A DNA stretch of 64,000 nt from Octopus vulgaris. Taxonomy: Eukaryota. The translations under genes and the position numbers were made by a program. Location of the stretch: the NCBI GenBank assembly GCA_951406725.2, contig OX597832.1, positions 36,208,001 through 36,272,000 of the forward strand, written 5' to 3'. This document shows, piece after piece, positions 41,806 through 54,107 of the stretch (position 1 is its first letter; each line of letters opens with the position of its first letter). Below the pieces are notes generated by a model, which was not told the origin of the DNA, did not search any database, and saw only the letters and a list, made by a program, of their open reading frames with translations.

Positions 41806-43439
41806 AACATTAGGAAATATGCCATCAAATGTAGTTATGGTGTTGATAGTTTCTGGCATTTATACATTTTAAAGATGGTGAAATAGGTTTTGGGGTTACT
41901 TGAGATCAGGGATAATGATTTAAAGTAGGGGTTGTCAACCTTTTACAGTGCAAGTGCACTCCTTTCTTGCATTTTGCAAACGTGAATGAAAATACAGATT
42001 ATTTTAAATAAAGAGAAGCTAATTTTGTGCAGAGGTTATTTTCTGGTACCAGCAACCAGCCAGCCAGCATGATTCCCATTTTAGATATTTGTATGCACCA
42101 GTTCCCCCATGATAAATTTAGATATTTGTGATAGAAGACGCCCAATGCAGGTAAATTAAACCTAGAACCATGTCGTTGTGGAGTGAACCTTTTAACCTGA
42201 CAACTATGCCATGACTGTAATTATGGAAATAAACAAAACTGTTATGATGAAATGGCAACGTGGGTGAGATTACAAAGTTGTAAAGAAGTGGGAGACACCA
42301 TATTTTCCAGCAGACAAGTTGAATTTTTCAAACCAGAATTTACAGCCAAAAAGCAAAAAGGTATTTTGATTTACATTCGAAGATGATTTAGGAGGACCAA
42401 AATTTCCATCTGAGACTTTGCAGGATTTGGAAATATTGTGACAATGTTTGAATGTCTACATTATGTACTGCATCAACTCTGTATGCTGGAAGATAGAGTA
42501 ACTAGGCTGAGCTCCGTTAATAGCCTCGTTTCAATTGAGAGGAGCAGAAGGGGTTGTTTGAATAAACTGTCCAAGATAAGAAATTGGCTACAAATTGAAG
42601 AATAATGTAGACAAGTAAACCATTGGAAAAAATATTGGCTACTATCACCAATGATAAAGCAGTAAATTCTTTATTAAACACCAATTTTACAACTGTGGAA
42701 CTTAGTTGATGAAATGCCAAAAGAATGTAAAAATTTAATCAAAATCTTTCTAAGTTTTTACAAAAATCAACATCATCATGGCTATTTTTATTCTTTCTTT
42801 TTCCTTTCTCCCTCTCCTCCTCTTCCTCTTCATTTATCTAAAATACTTTCAGATGAAGATTTATTACTGAAGAGACCCAACACTAAATTTTGGCAGAATA
42901 AACAATTATAGAATAAAATAATGTCTGATATATGCTGATAGCTTTAAGTGTGTGTGTGTGTGCATGCGTGTGTGTGTGCATACATGCGTGTGTGTGCTGG
43001 CAGAGGCATGTGATTTAGTGGTTAAGGTGTTGTTCTCATGATCATAAGATTATGGCTTCGATTACTGAATTGGGCGATGCGTTATATCCTTTATTACTTT
43101 ATCTACCAAGTTACTATCAATTCAGATGGTCCCACAACATGGGTGTTAAAACATATATTTATATATATATTCACAAATACATGGGATTGCGATGGGTACC
43201 AAGGTAGCACCTACACTTGCTACACTAGTACATGTACATTTATATAAAAGCTGAGCTCACACACATTTTGTAAAATCTCTTCCCAAAGGTTAGTGTCTTT
43301 TGCCCTTCTAAAAAGGTTATTTCTCAATCTTAACTCTTTGAGATAATCTCTTCTCTCCATATATATATGTGCATGTGTGTGTGTGTGTATATATATATGT
43401 ATATATATGTATGTATGTATATATATATGTATATATATA

Positions 43440-43470
<31 letters not shown>

Positions 43471-44356
43471 GTAATGTATATAAGAAATTAAAAAAGGAAA
43501 ATACGCACACTTACATAGTTTTAATATGATTTTTGATATATCAACCGGTTTCGCTATCACTATTCATGATATTATGTTTTACTTATTTGAATATATATTT
43601 TTTCTTAAGAAGAAATTTTGTCCATGTTGTGTGTGATGAAATTCCCGAGTGAATGACTTCACAAGTAGATAAATAAAGGGAGGTAATTGGTTGTTATTAT
43701 TGTTATTGTTGTGGGTAAGGGAGATAACTGTTCAGCTTTCGGTAATGGGTGGGGATTAGATATGTGTACAGACAGAGACAAGTTTCAAAAACCTTGTTTA
43801 GTTGGGGATTTATGTACAGTGATGTGAATTGAAATATGTATTTTGTTCTGCAGAGATATTGTGTAATAATAAGGGCATGTGTGTCTGTGTGTGTGTGTGG
43901 GGGGGGGGGGGGTAATGTAATCTTGTATGTGTGACAGTGTAGTTTAGTAGTGAGAGTATATAATGTTGTAATGAGAATATGTGTATGCAGAAAATGGTCA
44001 AATTAGTATCCGTGAAATTGGAAATTGTTACATAACTATAGGCTGACAAACAGTAGCTGAATGAAACTAACAGTTCAGAAATTTCAAGTTCAAATCCAGT
44101 TTTTGACCAGAAATAACTTTATTTGCTACATTCTTCAGTTTACTTAAATGTCAGGAAAACATCACAAGAATTGACCACTCATTGATGCTTAGACTCAATA
44201 AGTTAACTTTATCAGATCATTATATGGGTTGTTTTAAATACTAACTACACACACACACATATTTATATATATATACACACACACTCAAACATACACAATG
44301 TACTTTTTCTTTAAATGAATGTTATTAATTTCACCTTTTTGTTTCTTTTCCTCCAG

Positions 44357-44873
44357 TTGGCCTCTGACCCATGGTGCCAGTATTTGTGCTTCTGCTACCG
44401 TTATTTCTTGTGCACTAACCAACAGTTACTTCCGCCGATACTTCAATCTTATGCATTTTGGCCGTGCAAGTGGATACGCCATGGCTGTTGGTATGCCATG
44501 TGTGTTAGGCATGATCACACATACAACCTTTGTCACTGGGAATTGTTTGGTTGGAGATTTTGGCTGCCCAACATGTTTAATGACAAAAAGTGGTATAATT
44601 CAGCTTTTAGTTGGTGGTTTATATCCTGCAGTTCTTTGTCCAATTTTTGGTTTGATTCAAGCCAGAAAATATTTGACCAAAGCCATTGAGCCAAGTAAAA
44701 AATTTAAGGATTCTATACAAATTGTTGCAAAAACTGCTGTACCTTTCAAAAGATTTTTGGGCTTATCTTTGCTGGTAAACATGTTTATAGGGATGTACAT
44801 GTCCAAGTTGGAAATGGACACATTCCTCAATGTTATGATGAAAGAAAAACCTCAAGAAACAGAACTGCTATAA
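44357..44873 (+). CDS. TMEM126: TMEM126-family gene, terminal coding exon; spliced protein 219 aa; mitochondrial inner-membrane protein related to complex I assembly factors TMEM126A/B
   Basis: Polypyrimidine tract plus cAG at 44355-44356. Translation contains NSYFRR, GDFGCPTCLMTKSG and LLVGGLYP, matching the human TMEM126A motifs NSLFRR, GDLDCETCTITRSG and LVIGGLYP. Several hydrophobic helices. Stop TAA at 44871-44873. Confidence 0.95.
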
Positions 44874-44960
44874 TAAAAAAATTTCAGCAAAATATTTTTA
44901 GGGATTCCATTGTGCTTATATCAAACTCATTTTAACAATATTTCTAGATAATAAATTAAA
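44872..44960 (+). terminator. Candidate polyadenylation signals of TMEM126
   Basis: AATAAA overlaps the stop codon (44872-44877). AATAAA/ATTAAA also occur near 44950-44960. Which site is used is unknown. Confidence 0.4.
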
Positions 44961-45757
44961 AAGACAAAAATAGGTTTCAAAAATATTCAAAATCTTCAAG
45001 TTCATTTCAAAGTTTATCATTCATTTGATGAACTGATTCCAGGTCACAGAACTGTGTCAGATTATCAACTAAATTGTTACTATTTCTGTTTGTATTAGTC
45101 ATTACATTTGTTGTTTGGGTTTTTTTTTTTGTTTGTTTTATTTCAGTTTTTTGTTGAACATTTGTTTCAGGCACAAGTTTGAATTCCCTGACTCACTACA
45201 TCACAGCTAACATTGAGAGGTAGTTTAGCTCAGTACAAATGATAACATTTAAGACATATGTGGATGGTAACAGTATTGATTTGGAACTATCTTGTGAGGA
45301 CAGGAAGTTGTGTAGTAAATATATTAAAATTGGAAAATGTTAAAAAAAAAAAAAAAGAATGGGATTGTCTATTATGTGTATTTTTAGTTTCCTAAAAGAC
45401 TTCTGCTGAATTCCTGACTCCAACATATTTTCAATCACTATCAACATGGTGCTGTTACTGTTAAATTGCAATATAGTGTGACACTGTTGAGAGAGTACCA
45501 ACATCATTTGTGGCATGCTATGCATCGTGTCTCTAAAATAAGTGGCACATCAAGTGACATCCAGTTTATTCTGTGAGATTGGTAGAGACAAAACAGTTCC
45601 GTTCTTCAGTTGATTTTTTTTTTCTTTCTCCATATTTAGTGGTAGAGTGGACTTCCAACATATTATGAAAATTACTGATTTTACAGAACCACTAATTTAT
45701 AGAGACAGGTTGGATAAATGAATAAAGTTATGGAAGGGTAACATGGATGAAAAGGTA

Positions 45758-46070
45758 TCTTCTTTTATCTTTTACTTGCTTCAGTCATTGGACTGCAGCC
45801 ATGTCAGGGTACTGCTTTGAAGGGCTTGATTCCAGTACTTATTTTTTTAATTCTGGTACTTATTCTGTTGGTTTCTTTTGTTGAATTGCTAAGTTATGGG
45901 GATGTAAACAAATCAACTGCAGTTGTTGGGTAGAGGGACAAAGACATACATATATATGATAGGCTTCAATGCAGTTTCCATCTACCAAATTCACTGAAAG
46001 CAGTGGAACTGAACCCAAAACCATACTGTGGCAAAGTGAGCTTTTTGACCTTACAGTCATGTCTGTGCCT
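45758..46070 (-). mobile_element. SINE family A copy with internal deletion
   Basis: Tail and head are similar to 3196-3608; the middle is shortened. Confidence 0.8.
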
Positions 46071-46376
46071 ATAAGACAAACTGAAGCTGAATAAAATCTT
46101 ATTTATTTTCAAAAAATGAAATCCCTCCATCTATTTTAATTTCTGACACTTGACTTTTTTATACTAGTGACTTTACAAATTGAGTTTTCTTGTAATTATT
46201 GATCTCAAATTTTGGCACAAGGCCAGCAGTTTCAGGTGAGTGGGTAAGTTGATTACATCAGCCCAGTAATCAACTGGTTCTTGTTTAATCAACCCCGAAA
46301 GGATGAAAGGCAAAATCAACCTTGGCAGAATTTAAACTAAGAAAGTAAAGATGGACAAAATGTCGCTAAGCATTTT

Positions 46377-47050
46377 GATAAACTATTTTCATGCCACCAT
46401 CACAACAATGCGTAAACTTAGCCGCTATTATACTATGCGAACTTGCTGCTATGTTTTCCACCGCTTCATGCTTTATTTCTGCAACTGCTTTTCTCGCATT
46501 TAACGAATCTACATCCGCTGGATGAAGATGCTCACTAGAAAACGAAATAAATTTCGGCTCATTGTTTCTCCGTTTCCGTGTGATTTTGCACTGAAAACAG
46601 CCTTCTTTACTCACATCTCCCGTATTCTTTTCCTAGTTTTGTTTTGCTTGAATGAAAATCGTGGATGTAATTACTTTCATCAACTACGTTTCTTTTGTTT
46701 TTGGTCGATACTATGAACTTTGTCATTTCGGGATGAGTAATTAAAAATGTATAGACTAAATTTGCAGCACTCTCTGTACACAGCACCATACTTAAGAGAG
46801 AGAGAAGGAAAAACAGAAAGTAAAACTGTTAACAGAGAAGGGAAAAGAATGATAATAACAATCCTATAACGAGGCTCGTTATAATTGTGTGAATATATCA
46901 TTAGAGATATTTCACCTTGTTTTCTAAAGAGTTTATTTAAAATTGGACAAAAAGTTGTTGAACAAAAAAATCATCTGACTAAAATACTGACCAAATGACG
47001 TGGACAAAAAGACATTTGACAAAGTGACATTGAATGAAAAGACACGGTAC
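46377..47050 (-). mobile_element. 5' remnant of a Mutator-like (MULE) element with a FLYWCH-type zinc finger
   Basis: MTKFIVSTKNKRNVVDESNYIHDF..KEYGRCE*, then frameshifted CFQCK..SEHLHPADVDSLNARKAVAEIKHEA. The terminal region 46945-47050 has tandem gacaaa sub-repeats typical of Mutator/foldback termini. Confidence 0.65.
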
Positions 47051-47558
47051 TGCAAATACTAAGTCCTTTCATGGTGAAAAATGTATCACCCAATATAGAT
47101 TAGTTAGTAGTGACTTCAGAGTAAGAGCAAGACCAACTCAAAAACAAATTTGGAGAAAGAAGACATAGAAGCTGAAAGAGCCCTCATCTTGTCAAGAGCC
47201 AGAAATATATCAGTTGATATTTATGTCAGGAGGTTGAAGGAGAAGGTGATATATAACATAGAGGTAAACCAGATCTGTGACTAGTGCAGGGTCTCAACTA
47301 GATGTCATGTGAGACACTATTATGTACACAGTCACAAAAGTAAAAGATAAATATGGAAAAATGAAAGGAAAGACGTCAGCAGAGAGCAATACTAAGTTGC
47401 TGCAAAAGAAACTAAGTGTTATGTATACACAGAAGGGAAAGAGAAAGTAAGAGGTTTGCACATGTTAGGATTGGAGGTATGGAATATTCCATTTTGCAAG
47501 AGAGTGTTTCACCTCCTAAATACCAAATAAAACACAATTACAAACCACTAGAGGAACT

Positions 47559-47967
47559 ATCTTTTACTTGTTTCACTCATTAGATGGCAGCAATGCTGGG
47601 GCACCACCCTGAAGAATTTTTAATTGAATGACTTCACCTCATCAGTTATTTTTTTAAGCCTGGTACTTATTCTTTTGATCTCTTTTGCCTATTCACTAAG
47701 TTACAGGGACATAAACACACCAACGCTGGTTGTCAAGCTGTTGTGGGGGACAAACACAGGCGCAAAGACACACACATGTACGCACACACACACATATATC
47801 TATATGATGGGCCCCTTTCAGTTTCCATCTACCAAATCCACACACAAGACTTTGGATGGCCTGAAGCTATAGTAGCAGACACTTGCCTAAGGTGCCACAC
47901 AGTGGGACTGAACCCAGAACCATGTGGTTGAGAAGCAACCCTCTTACCACACAGCCATGCCTGCACT
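47559..47967 (-). mobile_element. SINE family A, full-length copy
   Basis: Colinear similarity to 3196-3608. Confidence 0.88.
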
Positions 47968-48110
47968 TATATGTCCATGTTGCCCTACAGATGTTCAAAT
48001 CAGCATCACCAATGTGGGAGGGAGAGGGGCTGCGGAGGCTGTGGATAATGACCCTTCCTGCTTTAATTTATTAAAAACAAGCAAAGAAAATACTGAAGTA
48101 AAATATTTCA

Positions 48111-48194
48111 TTGTATATACCCTGATTTTGTTGTATATACCCTGATTCTGTTGTATATACCCTGATTTTGTTGTATATACCCTGATTCTGTTGT
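48111..48194 (+). repeat. 20 bp minisatellite x4 with alternating variants
   Basis: ttgtatataccctgatt(t/c)tg in the order T,C,T,C. Confidence 0.95.
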
Positions 48195-48947
48195 CTCTTC
48201 ATATTATCATGTAACACATGTACAGCTTCCTGAAGTACATAGAAATAACTGATTCATTTTCTCTAATTAACAAATTATTTCATCAAAACCTTCGTGTCTT
48301 CTTACATTTCAGTTTTCAGAATATACTGCACTAAAGTGTCTGATGTGACACCAATAAAAGCCATTTTATTATAGCTGTAATGTAGTTATTTAAAGCCTCA
48401 CACGCATAAGCAGACACACACACACAAACTCTCTCTTTCTCAGCTTCTCTCTCTCTCTCCAAAACCTTAATGGAATTTACTCTGCATCTTCATAAGATTG
48501 AGAATCTAAAACAAAGAGAATTAAAAAAATAATAATACATCGTTTTTCTCTTTCACTTGGCCCTATGATCATAGTTTGTACTAATGGAATCGTATGCAGG
48601 AATTTAAAGGTTAGTTAAAATCATTTGTTTACTTCTTTTAGATGTAGAATATCAGTACAAATACGTTTTTTAATTTGTTTTCTCTTTTTCAACAAATTTC
48701 ACTTTAAATTTCTCTTGTGTTTTATTTGTATCTGCAACACTGAAAACCTGCTTGTTTCAGTAATGCACCCACCCCTGCCATCTACACCAGAAATCTTGAT
48801 AAAGACTGTGCTAAAGATTATGACTAAATAGTCATAGTGATAGTAATGGTGAAACTGGTAATGAAATGATAGTAAAAATAGTAGTGTTAGTAAAAGTAGT
48901 AATAATGACAGTGATAGTAGTTGTGGTGAGTGATAATAATATAACTA

Positions 48948-48987
<40 letters not shown>

Positions 48988-49099
48988 TAGAATAATAATA
49001 ATATTGTTAAAGAATATTCAGATAAATTGTTCGACTAAGCAGTGGTGGTGAGAAATAGCAAGGAGGGGGACCATAGTTGTATATTTTGTATTTCTCTTA

Positions 49100-51725
49100 T
49101 TTCATTGGTTTGAAGGGAATATCTCGTGAGCTTCTGATGTTGGTGAATGCATATTGGAATTAGGTTTTAAATAAATATACTAAGGGTCAGGTTGATGGTG
49201 ACTAAACTGGCAAATTTACCCAGCTTGCTTGGTGAGAAGGGTGGTAGTTGGAGACGCTGCAGGAAGCAAAACAAGACCCATCAAAGGATCGATGATTGAT
49301 GGGTGTCAACGGCCATCCAACAGTGTATATGAGGGTAAGTGTGGACTCTCTGGGGCTTGGTTGGCAACCCACCTGGTAATGGTGTTACAATAAAAATACT
49401 GTTGATTGCACAACCTTTTAAATGCTACCTTAAAATTAGTGATGTCACATTCAAGTTATAATCACAACTGGGTTAATGGGACTGGAACTATCAAGAGGGA
49501 AAGTGTTGCACACAACAAGCAAGGAGTATCTGATCAAGCTCTGGCAGGTCGCCATCAAGCCATTGATCAATCAGGACCAAAATTGAAGTTAGAAATGCAG
49601 AGGGAGGAAAATGAAATGGGAAAGATCGTGATTGAATATTGGCTGAGAAGTGAGCCAAGTAAAAGAGGTTTCTTGAAATGAAGGAAGAAAATATGGGAAT
49701 GAAAAAGGAGTCTTTGAAGATTCCAGCCAATGATTGATTGAGCAGGCAAGGGCAATTCATATAAAGGATTGGATTATAGGATTAGAGGTTGAAGGATTTC
49801 AGAGAATGAAAAATGAACAGGAAGAACGAACAAACGGGAAAGTGACAATGAAGGGGTGAGAGATGAAGAAAAGGAGGAAATCAGGTAAATGCTTGAGAAT
49901 GCTGATGAAGTAAAGGGTGAAGACAACCTAGGTGGACAGGTGAGAGTAAATGTTGCAGGAGACTTGAATGGTGAAGAGAAGAAGATGCTAGAAATGGTGC
50001 AAGGTAAAATATGTGGTAGAAACAATGCAGTGCCACCAAATGTAAGGTGTATGGGAAAATAGGAAGAGCTAGAGTCAAAGTAAATTGTGTTTTGAGCTTG
50101 GTTAAAACAGAGAACAGTGAAGCTAATCAGAACTGCTGCTAATATAGCTGCCATAATAGGATAGAAGATTATTGAAAAAAAAAAGGGAAAGAAAGAACCA
50201 AACTGGAGGAAGAGGAAACAAATGAAGTCGGAAAAGACAAGGAAAGAACTGAAGCAATTGAATAGGATGATGAAAGAACTCAGAATGAGAAAGCAATCAG
50301 AAAATTAAATGGACAAAGAAGAAAGAGGAAAACAAACTGTAGATGAAGAATTTCCACAAAGGGTGACAGCATTAAAGGCTAAATTGAAAAGACACAATGC
50401 TAGATGCAAAGGTTTTGAACAGAATAGATTGCTTTACTCAAATAGAAAGCATCGTTTGAGGAACATCAGAAAGTGATTCCTGATATAGGAGAAATTAAAG
50501 CATTTTGGGGAGAACTTTGGAGCAGGCCAGTAAGACATAAAGAAAGTGCAGAATGACTAACACAGGTGGAGGGATAATTTGCATCTGTAAAACTGGAAAA
50601 AAAAATGCCATACAAAAACTTGTTAGAACTAGAAAGCTATTGACAAGATATGGAGCTCACCATGCAAAAGCTGATATTAGTTTGTTAGAGACTTGAAGAG
50701 AGACCAGCTTAAAAGAGGCTTAATTGCTGTAGAAGAGTGTGTGCAGGTGGAAAGAAAAAGCCTACTAGCATATTTACAGAACATCACAGAGAAATTACTA
50801 AAGGCAGTGAATAAAGAACAAGTGATCAAGTGTGGAATAGGAGAAAAGGACAAGAGTGAAATTCAAAAAGAGCATGTTAAACAGATTGGAGAGAAACCTG
50901 TGCATGGTCCGTTTTGGAAAGCCACTGAGGATGTATGTGGAACAAAAATCTGGGCTTGATTTAAAAAAAGAAACAGAGATCCTTATTATAGCAGCTGAAG
51001 ATCAAGCATTAAAAGCAAACAACTTGAGAAAATATGTATATGGAGAGAAGATGTTAGCAGTATGTAATGTGTGGAATTTGAGATGAAACAATGGCACACA
51101 TTGTCACAGAATGTCCCAAGTTGGCTCAGGGAGAATGGAGGCATAACCAAGTTGAGAAAGTTTTGAACTGAAAACTTTGTCAAAAATGGAGATTTGGAGC
51201 TGAAAGTACTTGGTATGATTGACAGGTCAAAAGAGTTCTTGAGTTGGAAAAATGTAAGATTTTATGGGATTTTTCCATTTGAATGGATAAGAAGCTAGAA
51301 AATAATAAACCAGATATAACAACAATAGAAAAGAAAAATCAAAATTACTTACTAATCCACCCATCATGTCCTTTTGAGTCCAAGATTATAGAAGAAGAAG
51401 ATGAAAAAATAAAAAAATATAATCCCTTAAAATTTGGAATTGTGAGAATTTGGAATCTGAAAACTGTAAAAGTTGTGCCTGTAATAATTGGTGCATTAGG
51501 AATAATGATACAGATAAATGGTTGACGGTAGTTAGAATAGAATGTCCTGTGGAGCTTCTACAGAATGTTTGCCTCTTAGGGACAGGAAAGATTATGAGAA
51601 GGGTTTTGAACACTTGGAAGATTAATGAAAGCTTGCGGACATCTGAGGTTACGTGTAGTAACATGCTACCCACATAAATTCTATGAGGAATAAATAGAAA
51701 CGTGAGTGAAATCAAGTAATAATAA
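49100..51725 (+). mobile_element. Decayed Dong/R4-clade non-LTR retrotransposon lacking its RT core
   Basis: N-terminal GRHQA..EYWLRSEPSKRGF, then EQNRLL and FWGELWS, then directly TRKLLTRYGAHHAKADI, RGLIAVEECV, LKKETEILIIAAEDQAL, KILWDF, NKPDI and VVPVIIGALG. (TAA)n at 48935-49002 and taataataa at the 3' end. The 5' boundary is approximate. Confidence 0.85.
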
Positions 51726-52329
51726 CCATAGTAAACTGTTGAGAACATAATAATCATTAATTCAATTTTATTGCCACAAGAACAAAGAGGAAACATTCCA
51801 GTGATAATATTACGAAAAGTGAGTTTTAACAATGAATATGGAAAACTTCAATAGAAGCAAATCCAAAGTACTTAAGAGAAATAACACTACAAATTCCTAA
51901 AAGACAGAAACCAAATTTGCCGATTCTTCACCATGATAAAAGTTCAGAGATAATATTTTGAAATGAGGATTAAGTGTTTTCTTCTCTGTGTTTATTCCAA
52001 TTTGATGTTTCTGGGTTTTTTTTCTATTAGCTCATGAGTTTCTGTCCATCAAACTGTGATGATTGAGTCCAATCCTCAACTGAAATAATGAATGTTTGGA
52101 AATAAGAAGCAAAATATGGAACCGAGAACAAGAGATTTCCTCACTAAAACTACTTTCTGCCATTTCTAGAGAAAGCATTTTAATGAAAGATCTTTCACAT
52201 GACCAGTCCTTACTAAATCAGTGTTTTTTGAAGAATTTTCTGGATTTTATTTATCTATTTGTTTGTCTAGCTTATTAAAACATTCTACTTCGATCTTTGT
52301 AATTCTAAAATCAATACATTTAGTCTGTT

Positions 52330-52810
52330 TAAGGTGGCAAGCCTGGCAGAATCGTTAGCATGCCAGGCAAAATACCTAGTGGCATTTCGTCCGTCCTTAC
52401 ATTTTGAGTTCAAATTCTGCCGAGGTTCACTTTGCCTTTCACCCTTTCAGGGTCAATAAAATAAGTACCAGTTGAGCATTGGGATCAATCTAATTGACCT
52501 ATCCCTCCCCCAAATTTTCTGGCCTTGTGCCAAAACTTGAAACGAATATATTGGCTCAAGGCACTGGCAACTCAGGCAGCCACCCAGGGCACCTTATGCT
52601 TTTTAGTCTACATTTTCAGTTTTTCTCTCATGAAAGTTTTTAAAAATTATACTTGCCCGGAGCACCAGCAACCCTAGGGCTGGCCCTGCCTGAAAGGATG
52701 AAAAGCAAAAAACATCCTGGCAGAATTTGAACTCATAAAGTAAAGACAAACAAAATGCTGCTAAACATTATGTCCAGTGTGCTAATGATTCTGCCCGCTC
52801 ACCCACCTTA
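52330..52810. mobile_element. Oppositely oriented SINE family B copies (52330-52545 +, ~52690-52810 -) around a GC-rich DNA-transposon-like end
   Basis: Both match the family B consensus. The spacer ends in ...aaccctagggctggccctg, resembling a CAGGGCCGGCCCTAGG terminal repeat. Confidence 0.75.
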
Positions 52811-53721
52811 GTCCAAAGAAATGAAATTAACCTAATCTTATCTAAACTAACCTAAGTTATTTTAGTACTTACTGTTCCACTGCACCCTTTGTGCATATGA
52901 AATGGGACTTTCCTGTCAGCCGGCCTTCAGTCCCAATACACCTTTTGTCTTTCCATTGATTACACTGGGCACACTTTAAGGAATTTCTACCAAACCCATT
53001 TCTGCAAATGGCCATTTAAACCTGTTCCCCTTTTCCCTTATTAAAACTTTAGTTTCTGCTAATTTTAAGGTCTTTCATTCATCTTTTTTCTGATTTTTAA
53101 CTTATTTCAATCATTAGACTGTGGCCATGCTGGGGCACCACTTAGAAGAATATTAATCAAATGAATCAACCACAGTACTTACTATTTTTTTGTAAAACCT
53201 GGTATTTATTCTGTCAGTTGCTTTTGCCAAACTGCTAAGTTATGGGAATGTAGGCACACCAACACCAGTTGCCAAGCAGTGGTGGGGGACAAACACACAC
53301 ACACATTTATTAATATTTAGCAGAAACAACAGAGTGACTCAAGTGTCGAGAATTTCAGGCATACATCCGTATCAAGGAGGGAGAGGAGTTGGGGGTAGTG
53401 TCATCGGGTGTGATGGAATGGAGGAGTGAGTGGAGTTTATGTTGTTTGGTGTGAGTGAGAAATTGATGAAAGAGATGATTTAAATGAATTATGTAACGTA
53501 GTGTTAGCATGGGAGGGTGACTGAGAGGAGAAGATGGAGAAAGCAAGATGGAGAGGGCAGTCGATGGTGTGTATTTTGGAGAGATCAGAATGAATGGTGG
53601 TACGCATAAGGCGGTAGGATGTAGTACAGAGTATGGGTAGGATGGTTGAAGCAGAGTGGAGAGTGCAGTGGAAATGGAGGTGTGCTTTTTTTTAAATTAG
53701 CAGGGAAAGATAAATAGAAGG

Positions 53722-54107
53722 TTCTCATCAGTGGTGGAGGTTGACGGGAATCCTATTCCCCCTTTGTGCATCACGCTTGCCTGGCCACTTTTAAACTTCT
53801 TAATCCACTCATACACACTTCTATGTGGTACTGCACTAAAAGCCTCCAATGAATTTCAGCACCTGACACATCTTTGAACCAAAGAAATCAGATCTCTGCT
53901 CTTTGTTCTTCTTTGGTGCCCATTGCAAGTGGAGTGGCCATGCTTAGACTGTAAAGCCAGAAAGACAAAAATGGCTCAATCAAGTTCAAACTTCAATCAC
54001 GTGACCACAATAGTACCAACTATAAGCACACATGCGCAGAAGGCAGTGCAACAATAATAAAGGTATGTTATGGTTAAAGTGCTGATAATTTTTTACTTCT
54101 CTTCATG
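53722..54107 (-). mobile_element. Mariner transposon 5' fragment (HTH region)
   Basis: ATG at 53941: MATPLAMGTKEEQRAEI*FLW.KDVSGAEIHWRL..HRSVYEWIKKFKSG..PSTSTTDEN. Confidence 0.85.

Larger units (their letters stand above)
26855..44356 (+). other. 17,502 bp phase-2 GT-AG intron of TMEM126
   Basis: GTAAGT donor and ctccAG acceptor. The reading frame is continuous across the junction, and the protein has no gap that would require another exon. Confidence 0.82.

Noticed and set aside
44319-44356. ORF-track start for the 184 aa TMEM126 ORF
   Set aside because: This stretch is the intron's polypyrimidine tract. The true N-terminus comes from 26712-26854.
48111-48194. Possible CRISPR-like array
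   Set aside because: Contiguous tandem units without unique spacers, eukaryotic context and no cas genes.
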